From the human T2T-CHM13v2.0 reference genome, Homo sapiens, in the NCBI RefSeq assembly GCF_009914755.1, contig NC_060942.1: DNA of 64,000 bases, one strand, 5' to 3'. Both the position numbers and the translations under genes were made by a program. The notes under the pieces are model-generated. The model worked only from the letters and a program-made list of their open reading frames with translations. It searched no databases and was not told the origin of the DNA. Below, piece by piece: positions 24,301 through 38,434 of the stretch; the first letter of the stretch is position 1; each line of letters opens with the position of its first letter.

Positions 24301-27300
24301 ATTCATCCAAATTGCAGACTGCAGCGTTCTGAGAAACATCTTTGTGATGTTTGTATTCAAGACACAGAGATGAACATTCCCTATCATAGAGCATGTTGGA
24401 ATCACTCCTTTTGTAGTATCTGGAAGTGGACATTTGGAGCGCTTTCAGGCCTATGTTGAAAAAGGAAATATCTTCCCATAACAACTAGACACAAGCATTC
24501 TCAGAAACTTGTTTGTGATGTGTGCCCTCTACTGACAGAGTTGAACCTTTCTTTTCATAGAGCAGTTTTGAAACACTCTTTTTGTAGAATCCGCAAGAGG
24601 ATATTTGCATAGCTTTGAGGATTTCGTGGGAAACGGGATTGTCTTCAGGTAAAATCTAGACAGAAGCATTCTCAGAAACTTCTTTGGGATGTTTGCATTC
24701 AAGTCACAGAGTAGAACATTCCCTTTGGTAGAGCAGGTTTGAAACACTCTTTTTGTAGTATCTGGAAGTGGACATTTGGAGCGCTTTCAGGCCCATGTTG
24801 GAAAGGGAAATATCTTCCCGTAACAACTAGGCAGAAGCATTCTCAGAAACTTATTTGAGATGTGTGGACTCAACTAAGAGAATTGAACCACCGTTTTGAA
24901 GGAGCAGTTTTGAAACCCTCTTTTTCTGGAATCTGCAAGAGTATATTTGCCTAGCCTTGAGGATTTCGTTGGAAACGGGATTGTCTTCAGATAAAATCTA
25001 GACAGAAGCATTCTCAGAAACTTCTTTGGGATGTTTGCATTCAAGTCTCAGAGTAGAACATTCCCTTTGGTAGAGCAGGTTTGAAACGCTCTTTTTTTAG
25101 TATATGGAAGTGGACATTTGGAGCGCTTTCAGGCCTACGTTGGAAAGGGAAATCTCTTCCCATAACTAGACAGAAGCATTCTCAGAAACTAGTTTCTGAT
25201 GTGTGTCCTCAACTAACACAGTTGTACATTTCTTTAGACAGAACAGTTTTGAAACACTCTTTTTGTGGAATCTGCAAGTGGATATTGGGCTAGATTTGAG
25301 GATTTCGTTGGAAACGGGATTACATATAAAAAGCCGTCAGCAGCATTCTCAGAAAGTTCTTTGTGATGATTGCATTCAAGTCACAGAATTGAACATTCCC
25401 TTTCACAGAGGAGGTTTGAAACACTCTTTTTGAAGGGCGTGTAAGTGGACATTTGGAGCGCTTTCCGGCCTAAGGTGAAAAAGGACATATCTTCCCATAA
25501 AAACTAGACAGAAGCATTCTCAGAAACTTACTCGTGATGTGTGCCCTCAACTAAAGGAATAGAACCTTTCTATTCATAGAGAAGTTTTGAAACGCTCTTT
25601 TTGTGGAATCTCCAAGTGGATATTTGGCTAGTTTTGAGGATTTCGTTGGAAGCGGGAATTCATCCAAATTGCAGACTGCAGCGTTCTGAGAAACATCTTT
25701 GTGATGTTTGTATTCAAGACACAGAGATGAACATTCCCTATCATAGAGCATGTTGGAATCACTCCTTTTGTAGTATCTGGAAGTGGACATTTGGAGCGCT
25801 TTCAGGCCTATGTTGAAAAAGGAAATATCTTCCCATAACAACTAGACACAAGCATTCTCAGAAACTTGTTTGTGATGTGTGCCCTCTACTGACAGAGTTG
25901 AACCTTTCTTTTCATAGAGCAGTTTTGAAACACTCTTTTTGTAGAATCCGCAAGAGGATATTTGCATAGCTTTGAGGATTTCGTGGGAAACGGGATTGTC
26001 TTCAGGTAAAATCTAGACAGAAGCATTCTCAGAAACTTCTTTGGGATGTTTGCATTCAAGTCACAGAGTAGAACATTCCCTTTGGTAGAGCAGGTTTGAA
26101 ACACTCTTTTTGTAGTATCTGGAAGTGGACATTTGGAGCGCTTTCAGGCCCATGTTGGAAAGGGAAATATCTTCCCGTAACAACTAGGCAGAAGCATTCT
26201 CAGAAACTTATTTGAGATGTGTGTACTCAACTAAGAGAATTGAACCACCGTTTTGAAGGAGCAGTTTTGAAACACTCTTTTTCTGGAATCTGCAAGAGTA
26301 TATTTGCCTAGCCTTGAGGATTTCGTTGGAAACGGGATTGTCTTCAGATAAAATCTAGACAGAAGCATTCTCAGAAACTTCTTTGGGATGTTTGCATTCA
26401 AGTCACAGAGTAGAACATTCCCTTTGGTAGAGCAGGTTTGAAACACTCTTTTTTTAGTATATGGAAGTGGACATTTGGAGCGCTTTCAGGCCTACGTTGG
26501 AAAAGGAAATATCTTCCCATAACAACTAGACAGAAGCATTCTCAGAAACTAGTTTCTGATGTGTGTCCTCAACTAACACAGTTGTACATTTCTTTAGACA
26601 GAACAGTTTTGAAACACTCTTTTTGTGGAATCTGCAAGTGGATATTGGGCTAGATTTGAGGATTTCGTTGGAAACGGGATTACATATAAAAAGCAGTCAG
26701 CAGCATTCTCAGAAAGTTCTTTGTGATGATTGCATTCAAGTCACAGAATTGAACATTCCCTTTCACAGAGCAGGTTTGAAACACTCTTTTTGTAGTGTGT
26801 GTAAGTGGACATTTGGAGTGCTTTCCGGCCTAAGGTGAAAAAGGACATATCTTCCCATAAAAACTAGACAGAAGCATTCTCAGAAACTTACTCGTGATGT
26901 GTGTCCTCAACTAAAGGAGTAGAACCTTTCTATTCATAGAGAAGTTTTGAAACGCTCTTTTTGTGGAATCTCCAAGTGGATATTTGGTTAGTTTTGAGGA
27001 TTTCGTTGGAAGCGGGAATTCATACAAATTGCAGACTGCAGCGTTCTGAGAAACATCTTTGTGATGTTTGTATTCAAGACACAGAGATGAACATTCCCTA
27101 TCATAGAGCATGTTGGAATCACTCCTTTTGTACTATCTGGAAGTGGACATTTCGAGCGCTTTCAGGCCTATGTTGAAAAAGGAAATATCTTCCCATAACA
27201 ACTAGACACAAGCGTTCTCAGAAACTTGTTTGTGATGTGTGCCCTCTACTGACAGAGTTGAACCTTTCTTTTCATAGAGCAGTTTTGAAACACTCTTTTT

Positions 27301-30300
27301 GTAGAATCTGCAAGAGGATATTTGCATAGCTTTGAGGATTTCGTGGGAAACGGGATTGTCTTCAGGTAAAATCTAGACAGAAGCATTCTCAGAAACTTCT
27401 TTGGGATGTTTGCATTCAAGTCACAGAGTAGAACATTCCCTTTGGTAGAGCAGGTTTGAAACACTCTTTTTGTAGTATCTGGAAGTGGACATTTGGAGCG
27501 CTTTCAGGCCCATGTTGGAAAGGGAAATATCTTCCCGTAACAACTAGGCAGAAGCATTCTCAGAAACTTATTTGAGATGTGTGTACTCAACTAAGAGAAT
27601 TGAACCACCGTTTTGAAGGAGCAGTTTTGAAACCCTCTTTTTCTGGAATCTGCAAGAGTATATTTGCCTAGCCTTGAGGATTTCGTTGGAAACGGGATTG
27701 TCTTCAGATAAAATCTAGACAGAAGCATTCTCAGAAACTTCTTTGGGATGTTTGCATTCAAGTCACAGAGTAGAACATTCCCTTTGGTAGAGCAGGTTTG
27801 AAACACTCTTTTTTTAGTATATGGAAGTGGACATTTGGAGCGCTTTCAGGCCTACGTTGGAAAAGGAAATATCTTCCCATAACAACTAGACAGAAGCATT
27901 CTCAGAAACTAGTTTCTGATGTGTGTCCTCAACTAACACAGTTGTACATTTCTTTATACAGAACAGTTTTGAAACACTCTTTTTGTGGAATCTGCAAGTG
28001 GATATTGGGCTAGATTTGAGGATTTCGTTGGAAACGGGATTACATATAAAAAGCAGACAGCAGCATTCTCAGAAAGTTCTTTGTGATGATTGCATTCAAG
28101 TCACAGAATTGAACATTCCCTTTCACAGAGCAGGTTTGAAACACTCTTTTTGTAGTGTGTGTAAGTGGACATTTGGAGCGCTTTCCGGCCTAAGGTGAAA
28201 AAGGAAATATCTTCCCATAAAAACTAGACAGAAGCATTCTCAGAAACTTACTCGTGATGTGTGTCCTCAACTAAAGGAGTAGAACCTTTCTATTCATAGA
28301 GAAGTTTTGAAACGCTCTTTTTGTGGAATCTCCAAGTGGATATTTGGCTAGTTTTGAGGATTTCGTTGGAAGCGGGAATTCATACAAATTGCAGACTGCA
28401 GCGTTCTGAGAAACATCTTTGTGATGTTTGTATTCAGGACACAGAGATGAACATTCCCTATCATAGAGCAGGTTGGAATCACTCCTTTTGTAGTATCTGG
28501 AAGTGGACATTTGGAGCGCTTTCAGGCCTATGTTGAAAAAGGAAATATCTTCCCATAACAACTAGACACAAGCATTCTCAGAAACTTGTTTGTGATGTGT
28601 GCCCTCTACTGACAGAGTTGAACCTTTCTTTTCATAGAGCAGTTTTGAAACACTCTTTTTGTAGAATCCGCAAGAGGATATTTGCATAGCTTTGAGGATT
28701 TCGTGGGAAACGGGATTGTCTTCAGGTAAAATCTAGACAGAAGCATTCTCAGAAACTTCTTTGGGATGTTTGCATTCAAGTCACAGAGTAGAACATTCCC
28801 TTTGGTAGAGCAGGTTTGAAACACTCTTTTTGTAGTATCTGGAAGTGGACATTTGGAGCGCTTTCAGGCCCATGTTGGAAAGGGAAATATCTTCCCGTAA
28901 CAACTAGGCAGAAGCATTCTCAGAAACTTATTGGAGATGTGTGTACTCAACTAAGAGAATTGAACCACCGTTTTGAAGGAGCAGTTTTGAAACCCTCTTT
29001 TTCTGGAATCTGCAAGAGTATATTTGCCTAGCCTTGAGGATTTCGTTGGAAACGGGATTGTCTTCAGATAAAATCTAGACAGAAGCATTCTCAGAAACTT
29101 CTTTGGGATGTTTGCATTCAAGTCACAGAGTAGAACATTCCCTTTGGTAGAGCAGGTTTGAAACAGTCTTTTTTTAGTATATGGAAGTGGACATTTGGAG
29201 CGCTTTCAGGCCTACGTTGGAAAAGGAAATATCTTCCCATAACAACTAGACAGAAGCATTCTCAGAAACTAGTTTCTGATGTGTGTCCTCAACTAACACA
29301 GTTGTACATTTCTTTAGACAGAACAGTTTTGAAACACTCTTTTTGTGGAATCTGCAAGTGGATATTGGGCTAGATTTGAGGATTTCGTTGGAAACGGGAT
29401 TACATATAAAAAGCAGTCAGCAGCATTCTCAGAAAGTTCTTTGTGATGATTGCATTCAAGTCACAGAATTGAACATTCCCTTTCACAGAGCAGGTTTGAA
29501 ACACTCTTTTTGTAGTGTGTGTAAGTGGACATTTGGAGCGCTTTCCGGCCTAAGGTGAAAAAGGACATATCTTCCCATAAAAACTAGACAGAAGCATTCT
29601 GAGAAACTTACTCGTGATGTTTGTCCTCAACTAAAGGAGTAGAACCTTTCTATTCATAGAGAAGTTTTGAAACGCTCTTTTTGTGGAATCTCCAAGTGGA
29701 TATTTGGCTAGTGTTGAGGATTTCGTAGGAAGCGGGAATTCATACAAATTGCAGACTGCAGCGTTCTGAGAAACATCTTTGTGATGTTTGTATTCAGGAC
29801 ACAGACATGAACATTCCCTATCATAAAGCAGGTTGGAATCACTCCTTTTGTAGTATCTGGAAGTGGACATTTGGAGCGCTTTCAGGCCTATGTTGAAAAA
29901 GGAAATATCTTCCCATAACAACTAGACACAAGCATTCTCAGAAACTTGATTGTGATGTGTGCCCTCTACTGACAGAGTTGAACCTTTCTTTTCATAGAGC
30001 AGTTTTGAAACACTCTTTTTGTAGAATCCGAAAGAGGATATTTGCATAGCTTTGAGGATTTCGTGGGAAACGGGATTGTCTTCAGGTAAAATCTAGACAG
30101 AAGCATTCTCAGAAACTACTTTGGGATGTTTGCATTCAAGTCACAGAGTAGAACATTCCCTTTGGTAGAGTAGGTTTGAAACACTCTTTTTGTAGTATCT
30201 GGAAGTGGACATTGGGAGCGATTTCAGGCCCATGTTGGAAAGGGAAATATCTTCCCGTAACAACTAGGCAGAAGCATTCTCAGAAACTTATTTGAGATGT

Positions 30301-33300
30301 GTGTACTCAACTAAGAGAATTGAACCACCGTTTTGAAGGAGCAGTTTTGAAACACTCTTTTTCTGGAATCTGCAAGAGTATATTTGCCTAGCCTTGAGGA
30401 TTTCGTTGGAAACGGGATTGTCTTCAGATAAAATCTAGACAGAAGCATTCTCAGAAACTTCTTTGGGATGTTTGCATTCAAGTCACAGAGTAGAACATTC
30501 CCTTTGGTAGAGCAGGTTTGAAACACTCTTTTTTTAGTATATGGAAGTGGACATTTGGAGCGCTTTCAGGCCTACGTTGGAAAAGGAAATATCTTCCCAT
30601 AACAACTAGACAGAAGCATTCTCAGAAACTAGTTTCTGATGTGTGTCCTCAACTAACACAGTTGTACATTTCTTTAGACAGAACAGTTTTGAAACACTCT
30701 TTTTGTGGAATCTGCAAGTGGATATTGGGCTAGATTTGAGGATTTCGTTGGAAACGGGATTACATATAAAAAGCAGTCAGCAGCATTCTCAGAAAGTTCT
30801 TTGTGATGATTGCATTCAAGTCACAGAATTGAACATTCCCTTTCACAGAGCAGGTTTGAAACACTCTTTTTGTAGTGTGTGTAAGTGGACATTTGGAGTG
30901 CTTTCCGGCCTAAGGTGAAAAAGGACATATCTTCCCATAAAAACTAGACAGAAGCATTCTCAGAAACTTACTCGTGATGTGTGTCCTCAACTAAAGGAGT
31001 AGAACCTTTCTATTCATAGAGAAGTTTTGAAACGCTCTTTTTGTGGAATCTCCAAGTGGATATTTGGTTAGTTTTGAGGATTTCGTTGGAAGCGGGAATT
31101 CATACAAATTGCAGACTGCAGCGTTCTGAGAAACATCTTTGTGATGTTTGTATTCAAGACACAGAGATGAACATTCCCTATCATAGAGCATGTTGGAATC
31201 ACTCCTTTTGTACTATCTGGAAGTGGACATTTGGAGCGCTTTCAGGCCTATGTTGAAAAAGGAAATATCTTCCCATAACAACTAGACACAAGCGTTCTCA
31301 GAAACTTGTTTGTGATGTGTGCCCTCTACTGACAGAGTTGAACCTTTCTTTTCATAGAGCGGTTTTGAAACACTCTTTTTGTAGAATCTGCAAGAGGATA
31401 TTTGCATAGCTTTGAGGATTTCGTGGGAAACGGGATTGTCTTCAGGTAAAATCTAGACAGAAGCATTCTCAGAAACTTCTTTGGGATGTTTGCATTCAAG
31501 TCACAGAGTAGAACATTCCCTTTGGTAGAGCAGGTTTGAAACACTCTTTTTGTAGTATCTGGAAGTGGACATTTGGAGCGCTTTCAGGACCATGTTGGAA
31601 AGGGAAATATCTTCCCGTAACAACTAGGCAGAAGCATTCTCAGAAACTTATTTGAGATGTGTGTACTCAACTAAGAGAATTGAACCACCGTTTTGAAGGA
31701 GCAGTTTTGAAACCCTCTTTTTCTGGAATCTGCAAGAGTATATTTGCCTAGCCTTGAGGATTTCGTTGGAAACGGGATTGTCTTCAGATAAAATCTAGAC
31801 AGAAGCATTCTCAGAAACTTCTTTGGGATGTTTGCATTCAAGTCACAGAGTAGAACATTCCCTTTGGTAGAGCAGGTTTGAAACACTCTTTTTTTAGTAT
31901 ATGGAAGTGGACATTTGGAGCGCTTTCAGGCCTACGTTGGAAAAGGAAATATCTTCCCATAACAACTAGACAGAAGCATTCTCAGAAACTAGTTTCTGAT
32001 GTGTGTCCTCAACTAACACAGTTGTACATTTCTTTATACAGAACAGTTTTGAAACACTCTTTTTGTGGAATCTGCAAGTGGATATTGGGCTAGATTTGAG
32101 GATTTCGTTGGAAACGGGATTACATATAAAAAGCAGACAGCAGCATTCTCAGAAAGTTCTTTGTGATGATTGCATTCAAGTCACAGAATTGAACATTCCT
32201 TTTCACAGAGCAGGTTTGAAACACTCTTTTTGTAGTGTGTGTAAGTGGACATTTGGAGCGCTTTCCGGCCTAAGGTGAAAAAGGAAATATCTTCCCATAA
32301 AAACTAGACAGAAGCATTCTCAGAAACTTACTCGTGATGTGTGTCCTCAACTAAAGGAGTAGAACCTTTCTATTCATAGAGAAGTTTTGAAACGCTCTTT
32401 TTGTGGAATCTCCAAGTGGATATTTGGCTAGTTTTGAGGATTTCGTTGGAAGCGGGAATTCATCCAAATTGCAGACTGCAGCGTTCTGAGAAACATCTTT
32501 GTGATGTTTGTATTCAGGACACAGAGATGAACATTCCCTATCATAGAGCAGGTTGGAATCACTCCTTTTGTAGTATCTGGAAGTGGACATTTGGAGCGCT
32601 TTCAGGCCTATGTTGAAAAAGGAAATATCTTCCCATAACAACTAGACACAAGCATTCTCAGAAACTTGTTTGTGATGTGTGCCCTCTACTGACAGAGTTG
32701 AACCTTTCTTTTCATAGAGCAGTTTTGAAACACTCTTTTTGTAGAATCCGCAAGAGGATATTTGCATAGCTTTGAGGATTTCGTGGGAAACGGGATTGTC
32801 TTCAGGTAAAATCTAGACAGAAGCATTCTCAGAAACTTCTTTGGGATGTTTGCATTCAAGTCACAGAGTAGAACATTCCCTTTGGTAGAGCAGGTTTGAA
32901 ACACTCTTTTTGTAGTATCTGGAAGTGGACATTTGGAGCGCTTTCAGGCCCATGTTGGAAAGGGAAATATCTTCCCGTAACAACTAGGCAGAATCATTCT
33001 CAGAAACTTATTTGAGATGTGTGTACTCAACGAAGAGAATTGAACCACCGTTTTGAAGGAGCAGTTTTGAAACCCTCTTTTTCTGGAATCTGCAAGAGTA
33101 TATTTGCCTAGCCTTGAGGATTTCGTTGGAAACGGGATTGTCTTCAGATAAAATCTAGACAAAAGCATTCTCAGAAACTTCTTTGGGATGTTTGCATTCA
33201 AGTCACAGAGTAGAACATTCCCTTTGGTAGAGCAGGTTTGAAACACTCTTTTTTTAGTATATGGAAGTGGACATTTGGAGCGCTTTCAGGCCTACGTTGG

Positions 33301-34696
33301 AAAAGGAAATATCTTCCCATAACAACTAGACAGAAGCATTCTCAGAAACTAGTTTCTGATGTGTGTCCTCAACTAACACAGTTGTACATTTCTTTAGACA
33401 GAACAGTTTTGAAACACTCTTTTTGTGGAATCTGCAAGTGGATATTGGGCTAGATTTGAGGATTTCGTTGGAAACGGGATTACATATAAAAAGCAGTCAG
33501 CAGCATTCTCAGAAAGTTCTTTGTGATGATTGCATTCAAGTCACAGAATTGAACATTCCCTTTCACAGAGCAGGTTTGAAACACTCTTTTTGTAGTGTGT
33601 GTAAGTGGACATTTGGAGTGCTTTCCGGCCTAAGGTGAAAAAGGACATATCTTCCCATAAAAACTAGACAGAAGCATTCTCAGAAACTTACTCGTGATGT
33701 GTGTCCTCAACTAAAGGAGTAGAACCTTTCTATTCATAGAGAAGTTTTGAAACGCTCTTTTTGTGGAATCTCCAAGTGGATATTTGGTTAGTTTTGAGGA
33801 TTTCGTTGGAAGCGGGAATTCATACAAATTGCAGACTGCAGCGTTCTGAGAAACATCTTTGTGATGTTTGTATTCAAGACACAGAGATGAACATTCCCTA
33901 TCATAGAGCATGTTGGAATCACTCCTTTTGTACTATCTGGAAGTGGACATTTGGAGCGCTTTCAGGCCTATGTTGAAAAAGGAAATATCTTCCCATAACA
34001 ACTAGACACAAGCGTTCTCAGAAACTTGTTTGTGATGTGTGCCCTCTACTGACAGAGTTGAACCTTTCTTTTCATAGAGCAGTTTTGAAACACTCTTTTT
34101 GTAGAATCTGCAAGAGGATATTTGAATAGCTTTGAGGATTTCGTGGGAAACGGGATTGTCTTCAGGTAAAATCTAGAGAGAAGCATTCTCAGAAACTTCT
34201 TTGGGATGTTTGCATTCAAGTCACAGAGTAGAACATTCCCTTTGGTAGAGCAGGTTTGAAACACTCTTTTTGTAGTATCTGGAAGTGGACATTTGGAGCG
34301 CTTTCAGGCCCATGTTGGAAAGGGAAATATCTTCCCGTAACAACTAGGCAGAAGCATTCTCAGAAACTTATTTGAGATGTGTGTACTCAACTAAGAGAAT
34401 TGAACCACCGTTTTGAAGGAGCAGTTTTGAAACCCTCTTTTTCTGGAATCTGCAAGAGTATATTTGCCTAGCCTTGAGGATTTCGTTGGAAACGGGATTG
34501 TCTTCAGATAAAATCTAGACAGAAGCATTCTCAGAAACTTCTTTGGGATGTTTGCATTCAAGTCACAGAGTAGAACATTCCCTTTGGTAGAGCAGGTTTG
34601 AAACACTCTTTTTTTAGTATATGGAAGTGGACATTTGGAGCGCTTTCAGGCCTACGTTGGAAAAGGAAATATCTTCCCATAACAACTAGACAGAAG

Positions 34697-35714
34697 CATT
34701 CTCAGAAACTAGTTTCTGATGTGTGTCCTCAACTAACACAGTTGTACATTTCTTTATACAGAACTGTTTTGAAACACTCTTTTTGTGGAATCTGCAAGTG
34801 GATATTGGGCTAGATTTGAGGATTTCGTTGGAAACGGGATTACATATAAAAAGCAGACAGCAGCATTCTCAGAAAGTTCTTTGTGATGATTGCATTCAAG
34901 TCACAGAATTGAACATTACCTTTCACAGAGCAGGTTTGAAACACTCTTTTTGTAGTGTGTGTAAGTGGACATTTGGAGCGCTTTCCGGCCTAAGGTGAAA
35001 AAGGAAATATCTTCCCATAAAAACTAGACAGAAGCATTCTCAGAAACTTACTCGTGATGTGTGTCCTCAACTAAAGGAGTAGAACCTTTCTATTCATAGA
35101 GAAGTTTTGAAACGCTCTTTTTGTGGAATCTCCAAGTGGATATTTGGCTAGTTTTGAGGATTTCGTTGGAAGCGGGAATTCATACAAATTGCAGACCGCA
35201 GCGTTCTGAGAAACATATTTGTGATGTTTGTATTCAGGACACAGAGATGAACATTCCCTATCATAGAGCAGGTTGGAATCACTCCTTTTGTAGTATCTGG
35301 AAGTGGACATTTGGAGCGCTTTCAGGCCTATGTTGAAAAAGGAAATATCTTCCCATAACAACTAGACACAAGCATTCTCAGAAACTTGTTTGTGATGTGT
35401 GCCCTCTACTGACAGAGTTGAACCTTTCTTTTCATAGAGCAGTTTTGAAACCCTCTTTTTCTGGAATCTGCAAGAGTATATTTGCCTAGCCTTGAGGATT
35501 TCGTTGGAAACGGGATTGTCTTCAGATAAAATCTAGACAGAAGCATTCTCAGAAACTTCTTTGGGATGTTTGCATTCAAGTCACAGAGTAGAACATTCCC
35601 TTTGGTAGAGCAGGTTTGAAACACTCTTTTTTTAGTATATGGAAGTGGACATTTGGAGCGCTTTCAGGCCTACGTTGGAAAAGGAAATATCTTCCCATAA
35701 CAACTAGACAGAAG
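34697..35714 (+). repeat. 6-mer HOR variant (1018 bp) with hybrid monomer 5/7
   Basis: Marker spacing 34723 to 35741. The monomer 5 sequence TTCATAGAGCAGTTTTGAAAC continues as monomer 7 CCTCTTTTTCTGGAATCTGCAAGAGTATA at ~35431-35480. Confidence 0.95.
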
Positions 35715-38434
35715 CATTCTCAGAAACTAGTTTCTGATGTGTGTCCTCAACTAACACAGTTGTACATTTCTTTATACAGAACAGTTTTGAAACACTCTTT
35801 TTGTGGAATCTGCAAGTGGATATTGGGCTAGATTTGAGGATTTCGTTGGAAACGGGATTACATATAAAAAGCAGACAGCAGCATTCTCAGAAAGTTCTTT
35901 GTGATGATTGCATTCAAGTCACAGAATTGAACATTCCCTTTCACAGAGCAGGTTTGAAACACTCTTTTTGTAGTGTGTGTAAGTGGACATTTGGAGCGCT
36001 TTCCGGCCTAAGGTGAAAAAGGAAATATCTTCCCATAAAAACTAGACAGAAGCATTCTCAGAAACTTACTCGTGATGTGTGTCCTCAACTAAAGGAGTAG
36101 AACCTTTCTATTCATAGAGAAGTTTTGAAACGCTCTTTTTGTGGAATCTCCAAGTGGATATTTGGCTAGTTTTGAGGATTTCGTTGGAAGCGGGAATTCA
36201 TACAAATTGCAGACCGCAGCGTTCTGAGAAACATGTTTGTGATGTTTGTATTCAGGACACAGAGATGAACATTCCCTATCATAGAGCAGGTTGGAATCAC
36301 TCCTTTTGTAGTATCTGGAAGTGGACATTTGGAGCGCTTTCAGGCCTATGTTGAAAAAGGAAATATCTTCCCATAACAACTAGACACAAGCATTCTCAGA
36401 AACTTGTTTGTGATGTGTGCCCTCTACTGACAGAGTTGAACCTTTCTTTTCATAGAGCAGTTTTGAAACACTCTTTTTGTAGAATCCGCAAGAGGATATT
36501 TGCATAACTTTGAGGATTTCGTGGGAAACGGGATTGTCTTCAGGTAAAATCTAGACAGAAGCATTCTCAGAAACTTCTTTGGGATGTTTGCATTCAAGTC
36601 ACAGAGTAGAACATTCCCTTTGGTAGAGTAGGTTTGAAACACTCTTTTTGTAGTATCTGGAAGTGGACATTTGGAGCGCTTTCAGGCCCATGTTGGAAAG
36701 GGAAATATCTTCCCGTAACAACTAGGCAGAATCATTCTCAGAAACTTATTTGAGATGTGTGTACTCAACGAAGAGAATTGAACCACCGTTTTGAAGGAGC
36801 AGTTTTGAAACCCTCTTTTTCTGGAATCTGCAAGAGTATATTTGCCTAGCCTTGAGGATTTCGTTGGAAACGGGATTGTCTTCAGATAAAATCTAGACAA
36901 AAGCATTCTCAGAAACTTCTTTGGGATGTTTGCATTCAAGTCACAGAGTAGAACATTCCCTTTGGTAGAGCAGGTTTGAAACACTCTTTTTTTAGTATAT
37001 GGAAGTGGACATTTGGAGCGCTTTCAGGCCTACGTTGGAAAAGGAAATATCTTCCCATAACAACTAGACAGAAGCATTCTCAGAAACTAGTTTCTGATGT
37101 GTGTCCTCAACTAACACAGTTGTACATTTCTTTAGACAGAACAGTTTTGAAACACTCTTTTTGTGGAATCTGCAAGTGGATATTGGGCTAGATTTGAGGA
37201 TTTCGTTGGAAACGGGATTACATATAAAAAGCAGTCAGCAGCATTCTCAGAAAGTTCTTTGTGATGATTGCATTCAAGTCACAGAATTGAACATTCCCTT
37301 TCACAGAGCAGGTTTGAAACACTCTTTTTGTAGTGTGTGTAAGTGGACATTTGGAGCGCTTTCCGGCCTAAGGTGAAAAAGGAAATATCTTCCCATAAAA
37401 ACTAGACAGAAGCATTCTCAGAAACTTACTCGTGATGTGTGTCCTCAACTAAAGGAGTAGAACCTTTCTATTCATAGAGAAGTTTTGAAACGCTCTTTTG
37501 GTGGAATCTCCAAGTGGATATTTGGCTAGTTTTGAGGATTTCGTTGGAAGCGGGAATTCATACAAATTGCAGACCGCAGCCTTCTGAGAAACATCTTTGT
37601 GATGTTTGTATTCAGGACACAGAGATGAACATTCCCTATCATAGAGCAGGTTGGAATCACTCCTTTTGTAGTATCTGGAAGTGGACATTTGGAGCGCTTT
37701 CAGGCCTATGTTGAAAAAGGAAATATCTTCCCATAACAACTAGACACAAGCATTCTCAGAAACTTGTTTGTGATGTGTGCCCTCTACTGACAGAGTTGAA
37801 CCTTTCTTTTCATAGAGCAGTTTTGAAACACTCTTTTTGTAGAATCCGCAAGAGGATATTTGCGTAGCTTTGAGGATTTCGTGGGAAACGGGATTGTCTT
37901 CAGGTAAAATCTAGACAGAAGCATTCTCAGAAACTTCTTTGGGATGTTTGCATTCAAGTCACAGAGTAGAACATTCCCTTTGGTAGAGCAGGTTTGAAAC
38001 ACTCTTTTTGTAGTATCTGGAACTGGACATTTGGAGCGCTTTCAGGCCCATGTTGGAAAGGGAAATATCTTCCCGTAACAACTAGGCAGAAGCATTCTCA
38101 GAAACTTATTTGAGATGTGTGTACTCAACTAAGAGAATTGAACCACCGTTTTGAAGGAGCAGTTTTGAAACACTCTTTTTCTGGAATCTGCAAGAGTATA
38201 TTTGCCTAGCCTTGAGGATTTCGTTGGAAACGGGATTGTCTTCAGATAAAATCTAGACAGAAGCATTCTCAGAAACTTCTTTGGGATGTTTGCATTCAAG
38301 TCACAGAGTAGAACATTCCCTTTGGTAGAGCAGGTTTGAAACACCCTTTTTTTAGTATATGGAAGTGGACATTTGGAGCGCTTTCAGGCCTACGTTGGAA
38401 AAGGAAATATCTTCCCATAACAACTAGACAGAAG

